From positions 31,932,001 through 31,996,000 of the forward strand of contig NC_045696.1 of NCBI RefSeq assembly GCF_009834535.1: DNA of 64,000 nucleotides, in the 5' to 3' direction. Below are positions 1-13,619 of this stretch, in pieces. The position numbers and the translations under genes are program-made. The notes beneath the pieces are model-generated. The model was not told the DNA's origin, ran no database searches, and saw only the letters and a list, made by a program, of their open reading frames with translations. Origin of the DNA: Camelus ferus. Lineage: Eukaryota. Position 1 is the stretch's first letter. Each line of letters starts with the position of its first letter.

Positions 1-738
1 ACCTATGGTCAATTAATTTACAACAAAGGGGGTAAGAATATACAATGGAGAAGAGTCTCTTTGACAAGTGGTTTTGGGAAAGCTGGATAGCTACATGCAA
101 ATCAATGAAATTAGAACACTCATTCACACTATACACAAAAATAAACCCAAAATGGTTTAAAGACCTAAGTATAAGACATGACACCATAAAACTCCTAGGA
201 AAGGACATAGGCAAACCATTCTCAGACATAAATCATAGTAGTATTTTCTTAGATCATTCTACCAAGGCAAAAAATAAAATAAAATAAAACCAAAAATAAA
301 CAAATGGGCTTAATCAAACTTAAAAGCTTTGGCACAGCAAAGGAAATCATCAACAAAATGAAATAAATCTACAGAATGGGAGAGAATATTCACATATGAT
401 GTGATAAGAGGTTAATATCAAAAGTATACGAACAGCTCATACAGCTCAATACCAAAACAAAAACAATCAAAAAATGGACAGAAGACCTAAACAGATATTT
501 CTCCAAAGAAGACATACAGATGGCCAACAGGAACATGAAAAGATATAAGATGCTCATCATCTCTAATTATTAGAGAAATGCCAGTTGAAATCACCTGACA
601 TAAGTCACAATTGCTATCATCAAAAAATCTACACATAATAAACCTTGGAGAGGGTATAGAAAAATGGGAACCTTCCTTCAACATTGGTGGGAATATAAGT
701 TGGTGCAGCCACTATGGAAACACTATTGAGGTTCCTCC
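1..738 (+). mobile_element. LINE-1 fragment (3' part of ORF2), cut by the window start and truncated at the right
   Basis: ORF 45-287 (SLFDKWFWESWIATCKSMKLEHSFTLYTKINPKW) is L1 ORF2 C-terminal sequence; the DNA parallels 21816-22560 of the other L1. Confidence 0.95.
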
Positions 739-859
739 ACAGTATTTTTTAAACTAACTTTTAAATAAGTATCATCCAAATTTCTATCTTAACCTCCTTT
801 TTTTTTTTTTTCTCATTCTAGTCATGCTTTCTAGGCTTTCTCACCCTCATTCATTTTGT

Positions 860-1850
860 CAAGTGTCATCTGAATGTTGTTGATGGCTCCCAAATCTGGA
901 CCTCCATCCTAGAACTGACTGAATGTTGGAACATAATCCACATTTCAGCTATACGTCAAGTATCTTTGACTCTACCACTCTCATCTCAGACTCAGCATTT
1001 CCAAAAATGAAGGTTTTATTCAGTTTCAGATCTGTTCTTTATTCTGTTCCCTGTCTTGAAAAATAATGTAAATTTCCCACCAAAATCACCAAACACAAAA
1101 ATCTTATCATTCTTACTCTTTCCTCTCCCATTTTCCCTGTATATATTCAATCACAAATTTCCTGGATTTTACATCCGAGTGCATTTTATTTCTAATTATT
1201 TCTTTGTATCTAAACTGCAACTAGCAATAATTTACAGCAAATTATTTCTCACCTGGATAATTGCAACTACTTCTTAACTCTTTACTTCCTTCTTCCAACT
1301 TAGCACTCCTCTAATCAATTCTCCATGTATCACACTGAGTTGTATTTCTAACACAGAACCTGATGCTTTTCTCCATGTACACAATTTATCAGTGAATTCC
1401 CATGCCTTTTTGTGCAATTTTAAACTTCTTAATTTGTCCTGCAAGACTCCTCATCAGCTGGCTTCAAAGACTATCTCTAATAATAGCAAACTGGTTCACT
1501 TCCACAAAAGCACATATTCTACTTTACTCTAAACTTGTAGTTTTCCTGAAACACTCTTCATGTATCCTCTTGGTCCATGCCTATTTCCAGCTGACTAATT
1601 CCAATTCTTCACTCAGTGTGACAGCTTTTGAAAAGGATGACTTTTCTGATTTCTGAAATCTTGTCCAAAGTGCTCTCTAGGCAAACTGTACTTTCCTCAC
1701 TAAAGTACTTCTCACAATGTCTTTTATTTGCCTGAGTGATTATCTGTACCCACTATCAGAATGTTGGTAGGATGCATATCTGTCTCATTTACCATTTCTT
1801 GGAACCAATTCTAGCAAGTAGAAGGTAATCAATAAACATTTGTGGAACAC
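860..1850 (+). mobile_element. Highly decayed LINE-2 (L2) 3' region
   Basis: Pyrimidine-rich L2-like tract ending in a typical L2 tail (gtagaaggtaatcaataaacatttgtggaa, ~1818-1847). Confidence 0.65.
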
Positions 1851-2384
1851 AAAAGGTATCTATACAGACAAAATAGTTCTATCAAATTTCCAAGGTTATT
1901 AACAAAACAAAGGGGAACTGATAAAAGAAAACATTAATTATCACAGACCCACACAGAAAGATGTGTGTCTGATTTAAACTAAAATGTTTACTTACAATTG
2001 AAATACATGTAGAACCAATCTAAATTAAATTTAGTGTTGATCATGAATCTTTGGAATTACAAATGAAATAATAACATGAACACTGGTATCTATCTACTCC
2101 TTCTCATAATCTCATGAAAATGATCAATAAAAAAAGAGAGGACATACTCCATTGATGTTAGAAATAAGCTAAAATGATACAGTCCATATTGTAGCAAATT
2201 ACTGTAGAAAGTGCTGTTGTATTGGCACTTTGATAACTGGGAAGAATGAATATTAGTACAAATGTCAAAGCCATAAAAATGTTCACACTGTTTGACATAG
2301 TCATTCCAAAACTAAGAAGATATGTTAAGAATATGATGAGTTATGTGCATATTTGCATATAAAGATATTCTATCTTATATAAGC

Positions 2385-2760
2385 TTTTCTCAAGGCCAGC
2401 TCTTAATCTGAGAATTCATCTGCAAATGATTGAGAAAGTGCTCCCATGAAAAACCAGTAAGGAAGTGGATTCATAGGATAGGGAAGGGGAAATAAATCAA
2501 GCAAGACAAGATTCAGGCAACACACAAGATTTAAATTAATCCCACAGGCTATTTTAGACTAGAATCTAGAGCATGAATAAAGATTGTCTCAACTAAATGG
2601 AAGGAAACTGGACTTCTGTACTCTAGCCCCCCATACTTTATGAGAGTGTAATACACCAGTACCCATTCTCTTTTCTGCTTGCAGATAAATATCTCCTATA
2701 TCTTGTGGAAAATATTTCAAGAGATTTTGTAGTAGTGGATCCTTAGAAGCAAAGGAAAAT
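2385..2760 (-). mobile_element. Old ERVL-class solo LTR (LTR16/LTR33-like)
   Basis: gaaagtgctcccatgaaaaaccagtaaggaagtgg...gggaagggg resembles the reverse strand of LTR16/LTR33 elements; flanked by old L1M-like sequence. Confidence 0.5.
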
Positions 2761-3309
2761 AAGTTTTGGTTTCTGAAGAGGTCTAGCTAGAAAATGAATC
2801 ATGACTGAACATAAACATTGAAGTATTTTTTAATCATAGTGAAATTAAGAAATGAAAGTGGATAACAGTGAATTAATGGTTATATAAGACAAGTATGGGA
2901 TGAATTGTTAAGCAGTCTTTTAAACTGTGTTTCTGGTTTTCATAACATTTAATGTTATAGTATGTTGCTTTAATTTTATGAAATAAGAAGAGAAAGATAA
3001 AAAAGAAAAATTTTATAAACAGTACAATCATGAAATTTTCGAACTATAACATATATATATGTATGTAACTGTGTATTATGTTTATGTATATTGTATCTGT
3101 TATGGTGTATAATGGAAAATAGATATAATACACACACAATATTTATCTTACAAAAACCTACATCTTAAAGTACAAAATTTAAAGGAATTTCCAAAATCAG
3201 AAAATAAGAATACAAGATAAATTAGGGCTCTTATAATAAAATAAAATACTATAAACTGATCTATATGAAGATCTTGGTTGACCCTAGTAAATACAGTAAA
3301 TGGAAGGCC

Positions 3310-3570
3310 AAAGAGCAAACACCAAAGCACGGTCTGTGGAGCAGGACTGCATTGGTTCAGATCTCGGCTCTACCATTTTATGCCTGTGTGCCCATGAGCA
3401 GATTGCTTCACTTTAGTGAATCTCAGCTTTTTTATCCGTAAAATAGGAGGAACAGTAGTACTTATTTCAGAATGTCATTGTGAGAATTAAATGAGCTCTA
3501 CAAGAAAATTACTTGGAACTGTGATTGGTAGTCATAAAATGCTCAAAATAGATTATAGGAATTATTATTA
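3310..3570 (+). mobile_element. MIR SINE
   Basis: ggttcagatctcggctctaccatt ... tctcagcttttttatccgtaaaatagg ... ttgtgagaattaaatgag: MIR core and tail. Confidence 0.9.
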
Positions 3571-4809
3571 AGACTTAAGTAGTATCTAGGTTTTTTTTTT
3601 TTACTGTATATTTATTCAATAAGCGAAAGAAACATTTCTTTCACAGCCAGACAAGCAAGAAGTCAAAAAAAGCAGATAAAATCAGCATTATAATGTTTGA
3701 CTATTTTTAGGTAATAATTAGAAAAGTACAGAATTCTTGCCTCTGGTCAGTGCTAATATGGAAAGGCTTTCCCAAAGTAGTAAGTTTTGTGGGAACAAAG
3801 GTTCTAAAGAGAAATGTGAAAGAAGAACATTTATGTGGGTGGGAAGTGTGGTAATTTAATGTTCTGTGGTAAAAATGTCAAATGTTTGGCTGGGAACAGC
3901 AGTTGTAAAAAATCTATAGCCAGAAAGGTCGAAAAATGCTTATAGAAAAAACAGATAATCTCACTAAAAATTGTCTAAAAAGAAATTCTGACCCAAATGG
4001 CATAGGTTCATCATTAGGTAGTGTTCATTAGGGAATCAATGGGTGACTCATCAAGGGTTAAAAAAAAAATTTCGATTTTTAATTTGTAACTGTCCCCATA
4101 CTTTTGAATACTCACTAATTAATAATTTGTAGAGAAGGTTTCTTCATTTATTGTGAGCTTTCTCTTTCCTGTTACAGTTTGTGTCTGTAGCACTGACTAG
4201 ATCTCTAAACTAATATTCCAGTTTTCTCCTTTGACTTTTTATGTAAAATTACACAACTTTTCTTATATTACTCTAGTTGAATAGAATTTATCAAGCAGAT
4301 GTAAGTGGGCCTACTACTATTGTAGTACTCAAATATTTATAACACATATATCTTTGGCAGTTTATATTTTAAAAGCTCATGCAAAAGTTTTCCTTAGAGA
4401 ATTCTTAAGGAACCCTTAAAGAACTTAAACTTACAACCAGCTTGATCCACAGGGTGAAACAGAATCCTGCTATTAGAAACAATGACAAACAAAAAAATGG
4501 AAGTAAATCAATATGGTAGACTGAGAGAACCTTGATCTGAGATTGAGGGTAACTGATAGTCTTGAGTTTGCAATTTACAACCTGCATAATCAACACCACC
4601 TCACAGTCTCCTGTGTAAGGATATTGATCTAGATGATCTCAAGCTTTCCTTTCATTCTTTATTTTATAATATTTATCTAACTTACATTTTTATGTGTTTT
4701 GTTATAGAAATATAAGTTTCAAGTGGTCAAAACTTTGTTTTATTCACACTGAAATATCAGAAGTATGATAAATCCTCAGTAAATATTTGTTTAATAAATT
4801 AATTATGTC

Positions 4810-7542
4810 CAGGATTATGACAAGTTAGGTATTCAGACATACCTTCCAACTGAAAATAACCAAAAATACTGAAAAACAAATGAAACCTTCTTGTTAAAAT
4901 GATGGAAGATTTGGAAGATAGTAAAGAAATATCAGGTCAGATTCTGAATGAAGTCTGGAATCCAGAGATATAAGTTGGTCACTGAAGGTACTTTTTCCCA
5001 AATGGCATCTACCAAACTATGAAAATTTGAACTATAGTTTTCAAAGAATATTTAGGTCTTATAGAGAAAAAGAAAAACCAAAGGCTTATGCAAGTTGTAG
5101 AGTAACGTATCAAACACTCCTATGATAAAATGCAGAACCCAAAGTCTGCACCAACAGTTTGTGAATCAGAAATAAATATGCCTTACTTACATGGCACAGT
5201 AACAGCAAAGAATTTCTTTGACACTAAATATGAAATGGGGCAAAAATGTATATAAATTACACAATTTTGTACAATTTAAATAAATATAGTATAGTCTTCC
5301 ATTATATTGTGGATCTATAAAGTCATACCATCATCATGGTCAAAAACAAAACAAAACAAAATTCAAGGTGCAAATTTAATTTAAAATTATTCCTGTTTAG
5401 CATTGCAACCAAGTGCCTTTCAGAAGTCGGCAGAAGTACCTTCAACCAAGAAAAAAGTGTTTCACAAGGAAAATAATTAAGTTACATTGAAAAAGCAAAC
5501 ATGTAAGCATGGAATCATGAGAAAGAATCTGAAGAAAAAACATGTAATAGAAATAGACCTGTATAACGTTCAATATTAGACTTTCCAGAAGAGATTATAA
5601 ATTTGTTTACTGTGTTGCAAGGAACAAATATAAAAATAATTGTAAATATTTATTAGAATGTGAAAGTCCGATTCAAATAAATCAACTCAGACTTCTAGGG
5701 AAAAAGTAATAATAACAATAATAGCAAACAATAACAATATGAATAGCTTTAACAAACGTAGACATAGCTGAAAAGAGAATTGGTGAACTGACAGCTAAAT
5801 CAGATGAAAGTTTCTCCAGTTCAACATATAAAGATTATAATTATAAAATTTAAAAATAGCTATTAACACATACATTAGTTTTCTGTTACTGCTATAACGG
5901 ATTACCACAAATTAAACAGCTTACATAGCACAAATTTTATTTTTCAGTTCTGTAGGTGGGAAGTTCAGTAAAGGTGTTGGTTTAAAATCAAAGTATAGGC
6001 AGCCTGCAATCATTTCTGGAGATTGTAAAGAATAAGCTATTCAGCTCATTTGGGTTTTTTTAAAAATTCAGTTCCTTGTTATGGGATAAGGTCCCTGATT
6101 TCCTGTTGGCTATAAACTGAGAGTTACTTACATCTGCTAGATGCTGCCATATTCCTTGGTTTGTTGTCCCCTTCCTGCATCTTCAAAGCAGGCACTTGTG
6201 GGTCAAGCCTTCTCAAATTGTTATTTCTCTGACACTCTTTATCTTGTTGTCTTTCAGTTTCAGGAACCCATGTAATTAAATAGAATCCACACTTAATCCA
6301 GGATAGTCTTCTGATTTCAAAACCTTAAACTTAATTACATCTGCCAAGTCTGTTTTGTCATGAGAGAGAACATATTCACAGGTTCTGGGGGTTTCAATGA
6401 CCATTATTCTGTTTCTTGCAGCATATAACAAATATAGAATTAGAAGTTCAACATAACCAGAAATCTATAAAAAAGAAGAATATAAAACAAAAATATGTGA
6501 TGATATAATGGCTGGAAATTTGCCCAAAATGATGAGCTCCACTAATCCATAAGAAGCTGTAGGAACCTCAGGCAGAATAAATAAAAACTGTCATATGGTC
6601 ACATGTAGAATACCAAAATATAGAGAAAGATTTTTTTCCTTGGTTGGCTAAAAAACTCCTACTACCTTCAAATTAGTGATTTTTACACTGATAATTGATT
6701 TACAAATACAAATAATAAAAGTGAAGAGTTAGTGGACTTGTATTTTCAATATGCTGAGAGAAAATTACTACTGACCTAGATTTGTATAAACAGCTAATGA
6801 ACTAAAGAAGTTTTATGTATACAGCAGTTTTATATATACATGCAAACCTTTCCACAAAGAAATCTCCAGAAGCAGATGACGTCACTGGTGAATTATGTAT
6901 AGTACTTAAGGAATAGTATCAATGATGCAGTCTTACATCAACTCTTTCAGAAAATATAGGAAGAAGGAGTAGTTCTCAGCTTGGTTTGGGAGGCTTGCAC
7001 AGCCCTGATACTAAAATCTGACAACTATACAACAAAAAGAAAAACATAAATTGGTATCATTCATGTGCATGATGCAAAAATTCTTTAATGAGTATCAGCA
7101 AAGCGAGTTCAGCAATGTAGAATAAGAAAAATGCATCATAAGCAATTGAGATGTATCACAATAATGCACTTAAAAATTACCAATGATACAGCACATTATA
7201 AGAAAGAAAAATATAGGGCATATAGCAAAGATGTCCTATAAAACTATTTGTATGTGACATTGTATTGAAGATTCTAGCTGGAGCACTAGAGGAAGAAAAG
7301 GAAACAAGAATATTAAATATTGTAAAAGAAGAAGTAAGATAACTTTTTTGAGAGATGACAAGGTGTGAATAAAAAAATCCAAAGTAGTCCTCAAGCAACT
7401 ACTAGAATTAATAAGTGTAATATTGTAAGATAAAAATATAGAAAAATAAGTATATTTGCATACACCAATGACAAAAAATGGATAGTAAAGTTACAAAAGC
7501 CATCATTTACAATAGTACAAAAATTCTTAGGAATCAATTTAA
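4810..7542 (+). mobile_element. Ancient L1M (L1ME/MD- or HAL1-like) remnant: ORF1-like region, then ORF2 pieces, interrupted by an MLT1 LTR
   Basis: ORF1-like gacatagctgaaaagagaattggtgaactg (5761); ORF2-like aaatctccagaagcagatgacgtcactggtgaatt (6860) onward. Confidence 0.75.
5871..6420 (-). mobile_element. MaLR solo LTR (MLT1D/E-like)
   Basis: Starts tacattagttttctgttactgctataacggattaccacaaa; ends cacaggttctgggg...ccattattctgtttcttgca, as in the reverse strand of MLT1. Confidence 0.85.
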
Positions 7543-7817
7543 TATGTGGCTCAAACTGCTCATTTTCCAGCCCCTTTTACCTCCGTTTTTCTCTGAGTCC
7601 CCTCCCTTAGGCACAGGTACTGACCTGATTAGTTCTTTTTCCTTTCTACCCATTTCCATATGGATCTTTCTTACAGCCTTGGTTGTAAAGGTGTCTTTCT
7701 GTCATTTTCCAGTTAGTTTTCAGTGAGAACTGTTCCACACATAGTGTATATTTGATGTGTTCCTGGGGGGAGTTGAGTTCTATGTCCTCCTACTCCACCA
7801 TCTTGATCTCCTCCCTC
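7543..7817 (-). mobile_element. Isolated 5'-terminal ~275 bp of a lineage-type L1 5' UTR
   Basis: Reverse complement starts gagggaggagatcaagatggtggagtaggaggac; homologous to the 5' end of the L1 at 35660-35958. Confidence 0.85.
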
Positions 7818-7839
7818 TTTATATTCAGAAGAGGTTTTT

Positions 7840-10730
7840 AAATTACTAATATTGGGAATGAAAGATAGGACATTACTACTGAACTTACAGAATTAAAAAG
7901 TACTATAAGTTTATACTACGAACAATGGTATAGCAACAAAATAGGTAATCTATGTGAAATGGACAAATTCCTACAAGGACACAAATTACAATGTGACTCA
8001 TGAAGAAATATAAAATCCAAATAAATATATAAAAGCAAAAATATTGAGCTAGTGAATAAAAATGTATACAAACATTTCACAAAGGATGCCCAAACCCAGA
8101 TGACTGTACTGGCAAATTCTACTAAATGTTTAAAGGAGAGTTACTATCAAATCTTCACAAACTCTTTCAGAAAATATAAGAGGAAAAAACTTCTCAATTT
8201 GTTCTATGAGGCCAATATTACCCTGCTACTAAGTCCAGGTAAAGACTCCACAGGGAAAAAAATTACAGAACAATATCCCTAATGAATATAGACACAAGAG
8301 CCTAAACAAAGTGATAGCAAACAAAATCCAGCTATATATATTTTTTAAAAGTAATATAACCATATCAAGTGAGATTCATTTCAGGAGAGTAAGCTTAGTT
8401 CAACAAAAAGTAAATCACTATAGCACAACATATCAATATAATAAATGACAAAAAAACCCACTATCATTTCATTAAACACAGAAAAAGCTAGACAAAATTT
8501 AAAATCCTTTCATAATAAAAAACTCAACAAACTAGTACAATGTAACTTCTTCAACCTGATAAATGGAAGATACGAAAAATATAGCACTGACATTATACTT
8601 ACTGGCAAAAACTGAACACTTTCTCCTAAGACCCGGAACAAGGCAAAAATGTCTACTCTCAATACATCCATTTAACACTATACTGGAGGTACTAGCCATG
8701 ACAGTCACGCAAGAAAATGAATGTAAAGTTTTCCAGTAGGAAAGGAAAAAGTAAAATTAAAACTATACGTAGGTGATATTATCTTAGTATAAAGAAGATC
8801 CTTAAAGAAACTGCAGAATATTAGATCAAACAAATTCATTAATGTTGTAAGATTTAAAAGTATTGTAAAAAATCTACACACTAGCAATAAGCAATCTGAA
8901 AATAAGATTAAGAAACAATTCCACTTAAAATAACATCAAAAATAAAGTACTTAAGATCAAATATAACAAGAGATGTACAAGATTTATACACCAAAGTCTA
9001 CAAAATATTGTTGAAAGAAAAAAACTAAATCAATGGAAAGCCATGTTCCTAGATTTAAAAATTTAATATTGATCTGCAGATTCAATATAATTCATATGAA
9101 AACTCCAAATGCATTTTTTGAGGGCAGAAACTGACAAACTGGTCCTAAGATTCAGAAATAAATGCAAGGGCCACAAAGCCAAAACACTTAACAAACAAAG
9201 AGGATTTCAAAACTTACATAGAAATATAGTAATCTAGACAATGTAGTAGTGGCATGAGAACAGGTATACAGATTATTGAACAGAACTGAGAGTTCAGAAA
9301 TAAACTCTTACCTTTATGGTCTATTTTTCAATAAAGGTGTCCAGATAATTAGTGGAAACAACTGTCTTATCAACAAATGATTCTGGGACAACTGGATATC
9401 CACCTTCAAAAAAATGAATATAAACCTCAGACCCCATACAAAAAGTAACACAAAGTTGATCTTATTTCCAAATGTAAGGGTTAAAACTATAAAACCCTTA
9501 GGAAAAAACATAGGCAAACTCTACATGACTGTGGGTTAGGCAACAGTTTCTTAGATATAACATCACAAACAAAAACAAAAGAAAACACTAGATAAAGTTG
9601 CACTTCATCAAGTGATAAACTTTTTGCTTCAAAATGTGCTATCAAAAAAGTGGAAAAAAGACTCCACAGAATGGGAGAATATATTTGCAAATCATATGTT
9701 TGGTAATGGACTAATATCCAGAATATGTAAAGAACCCTTACAACTTAATCAAAGGAAAACTGAATTTAAAATGGATAGTGGATTTGAATATATGTTGCTC
9801 CAAATAAGGTATGTAAATGGCCAATGAGCACATGAATAGAAGCTCAACATCATTAGATAATGAAAATCAAAACCACAGTGAAATACCACTTCACACTCCA
9901 AAGATAGCTGTTATTAAAAAATGCACTGCAACAAGTGTTGGCAAGGATGTATAGAAACTGGAACCCTCACGCATTGCTGGTGGGAATGGAAAATGATACA
10001 GCTGATTTGGAAAGCTTTGTCATTTCCCATTAAAACTGGAAAAAATTTAATAATGTCAGGAATAGGAGGTAATTTTCAAAACAAAACTTACAAAAAAGTA
10101 AATATAGAAGAAGGAAAAAAAAAGAGAAAACTTTGGCAGTTTCTACAAAACTTAAATGTAACTTCATCATATCACCCAGCAATTCCTCTCATAGATACAT
10201 ATCTAAGAAAAATGAAAACACATATCCCCCTAAAAATTATATGCAGCTGTTCATAGCAGCATTATTCATAGTGGTAAAAAAGTGAAATGATCCAAATTTC
10301 CTCAAATGATACATGGAAAGTAAAAGTAGTATGGACATTCCATCAAATATTTTTGGCAATAAAAAGGAATGAAGTACTTATACATGCCACAGTATCAGTA
10401 AACTTTGAGAAAATATTCTAAGTGAAAGAAACCAGATACAAAAAGCCACATATTGCATAATTCTATTTACATTAAATGTTCAGAATAGGCAAATCCAGAG
10501 AGAGTAGATTAGTGATTGTCAGGGTTTGGAGAGGGGTGAGAGTGGGAAGGCATTGGGTTGTGACTATCTATGGATGAGGGGATTCTTTCGGGGGTTGATG
10601 AAGATGTTCTGGAGTTGGATAATGGTGATGACTGCACAACTTTGTGAATATACTAAAAAACATATAACTGTATACTTTAAAAGGGTGAATCTTATGGCAT
10701 GTGAACTATATTTCAATTTAAAAAAAAAGA
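7840..10730 (+). mobile_element. 5'-truncated L1MB-type LINE-1 (decayed ORF2 plus 3' UTR)
   Basis: Continuous ORF2 homology; 3' UTR gatgaagatgttctggag...cacaactttgtgaatatactaaaa...tggcatgtgaactatatttcaat followed by an A tail. Confidence 0.92.
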
Positions 10731-11150
10731 ATGAAACAGTTAACTAAAGTAAAGCATTATTACATACTAATGAATGAAACACAGCTACAGGCAACAACAT
10801 GGAAGAATGGCCAGGCATAATGTTAATTAGAGAAAAAAATCATGAGAGAATGTACTACAAAAGTGATTATTTAAGATAGGGATTTGCTAGGAGGAAATTG
10901 GATGTGATGGGAGGGCCTCTAACTAGAGTTTGGTCTTTAATATCCAAAATACATCCTAAAGTCCTTGAGGATCTTTTCAATATTACACTTACAAAAAAAT
11001 TCAGGGATACTTGGAATATTTCTGAGGTAATGACTGTTTTCTTTCTTACATTCTGTGGTGTTTACACAGTTCTTTATATATAATTTTTAAAATTGTACAT
11101 AGTTTTATAAACCCATATGTACTATGATATATTTCATAATAAAATTTCCT
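10731..11150 (+). mobile_element. Ancient L1ME-like 3' end, possibly the continuation of 4810-7542
   Basis: cagctacaggcaacaacatggaagaat ... atatatttcataataaaa. Confidence 0.55.
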
Positions 11151-11331
11151 AAAAATAATGACAGAATGACTGTATGAATGTATAAACACATGATAATAAT
11201 TGTGTAATATCCTTGTCAAGTGTATGAGCTTCATGTCCTTTTCTAGCTTAAAAACTCAATAGTAAGAGCCAGGTCATATGCTTTCTTGTACTTTCTCATA
11301 GGTTCTGGCTTACTTTTGAATACATATTAAT

Positions 11332-11450
11332 CAGTGATATGCTGGTAAATGTTTGATAACTGATTCCTACTATAGTGGAGGAAAAAAACCAAATTTGTAA
11401 CATTTGCCAATCTCACTGGTATAAATGTTCCAAATATGTATGGAGTATTT
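11332..11450. mobile_element. hAT-Tip100 DNA transposon end (Arthur1-like)
   Basis: cagtgatatgctggtaaatgtttgataact resembles the Arthur1 terminus; extent uncertain. Confidence 0.55.
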
Positions 11451-11776
11451 GTGATATAGAGAATATATTCTGTAAATATTATTTGCATATTTTAATTATA
11501 AAATACCTTATCTTTACAGAGAGAAAAGAAAATCAATGCATGTGGAATTAGTTCTACCTACAAAGTAATCGATAATTATAGAAGTACATTTTACATGCCA
11601 AAATTAATAGATCAGCTATCTCTATTGGTGTCTTCATGATGACATTAAGTACAAGTTAATCACCATTTTTACTCTGAATTGGATATTTTCTACCAATAGA
11701 TAACAAACCTGAAGAAGAAAATTATCTAACATATACTAAGACTGAGTGAGTCATTGAGATGTTACCAATTGCTTGT

Positions 11777-12172
11777 AGTATTAGTCTTCTCAGGCTGACG
11801 TAACAAGATACCACAGGCTAGGTTGTTTAACCAATAGAAATGTATTTATTTTCTCACAGTTCTGGAGGCTAAAAGTCCAACATCATGGTGTTGGCAAATT
11901 TGGTTCCTAGAGAGAATTCTCTTCCTGGCTTATAGACAGCTGCTTTCTTACTGTATCCTCAAATGGCCTTTGCCCTGTGCACACAGAAAGAGAGAGACTT
12001 TTGGTGTTTCTCTTTCTTACAAGGTTACCAGTTCTATTGAATTATAGACCAACCTTTATGACCTCGTTTAATCTTAATTACCTCCCTAAAAGACTTATCT
12101 CCAAATACAGTTATATTGGTGTTTACTGCTTCAGTATGTAAATTCTGTGGGGACACAATTGATTGTATAACA
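11777..12172 (-). mobile_element. MaLR solo LTR (MLT1A-like)
   Basis: gtattagtc...ttctcacagttctggaggctaaaagtccaa...gggacacaattgattgtataaca; 5-bp TSD-like cttgt/cttgc. Confidence 0.92.
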
Positions 12173-13619
12173 CTTGCATAGTAAGTTTCCATAGAAAGAA
12201 TTATTTTCTCAAAGATTGCTGTGATAAATGTATGTTGCGATGCATAGTAGATGAGGCCTAAGTCTTTGAAACAGTTAGGCAAAAATATAAAAAGCATTTT
12301 TTTCTCTCAGATAAAACTTTTAATTTTTTTAAGTAGTTTTAAGGTGCATATAAATACTTCCTTATAAAAATATTTATATTTTTTTCTCTGGGAATTTTAG
12401 ACAGAGTTTCAACTTAGAAATAAAATCAAAACAAGATATTTTCTAAGGTCTTTGGAAGATTACAAATGACTTTATTAGGTGATATTAAGTCTAATATCCA
12501 GAAGGAAAGAGGTTAGACTTCCAATAATTTCTTTCACTAAATGCCTCACAATAAATGCTTCAAGTTTTTAATGAACAAATTAATCTATTATCACCTAGAA
12601 AGTAAAAAGCCTTCAAAAGTGCTAAAGAGATGTTCTCCTTAAATAAAATTCTGATCTCCTAAATGAAAATGTAAGGAACACATATTTGCTTTCCTCAAAC
12701 ACTAAACGTAAATTTAAATACATTAATCTATTAAATAGGAACATGGAGACATTGTGGCCCAATGCCCTCTTGGAATGCCTTGGCTCTATGAATTAATATA
12801 TAATTTTCCTTACAGTCTAAGATAATTACATACTAAAATTATTTGAAAATGGTATTTTGGATCAGTGATCCAACTCTCCATATTTTAAAGTAAAAAAATT
12901 TAAGCAAAGTATGTAATCCTAAATTAAATTTTAAAATTAAAGAAAAGAAAATGCATCTTTAATATGATTTCAGTACTGAACTGACATCTATCCCACCATT
13001 CCCCAGAAGCAAAAAAGGCAATCACATGTCCCTGGATGAGAGAAATACTGTTAAATAAGATCAACCACCTTTAAGGGAACAGAACTACAGAAATTAAATG
13101 AAGACATAATTTTATTACTCATCACAACTTGGAAAAGTTGGCTGAAATCACTTGATTAGTCTTATATGGTCACTGAGGTGCCACACTCTTCATCTGAACC
13201 ACCTGATTTCTAGCTTTTCATCTAAAGTGTTTGGTGTCCTGCAGAAAAACCAATCGTAGTCAGTTACAGACCAATATACTAGAGCTGAAAGCTGGCTTTT
13301 ATCAATTTAAACACATACATTGATTCATTCAGGTAAGAAAAGAAAAGTCAATTAGGGGCCCAAGTTATCTACCCTGGATGATCCAAACAACAGGATAATG
13401 GCCACATCTTCATTTCACACAGTATAATATGAATAAAGTACATGTAGGACTTTACAGCCCAAAGTGAAGGTGAAGATTGACAATCATCTGACAGTTTATA
13501 GTGTGTATATTCTATCTGAACAACGGAAACCAAACAAGATCACGTAGGAAATCTTTTGCTGTAGTTATGCAGATCTAAGAGATTCAAAGTAAAGATTAAT
13601 CCATGAATATGATATTTTA

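Noticed and set aside
12034..12297. 87-aa minus-strand ORF considered as hAT transposase or a host exon
   Set aside because: About half lies in an MLT1 LTR, and no hAT dimerisation motif is visible.
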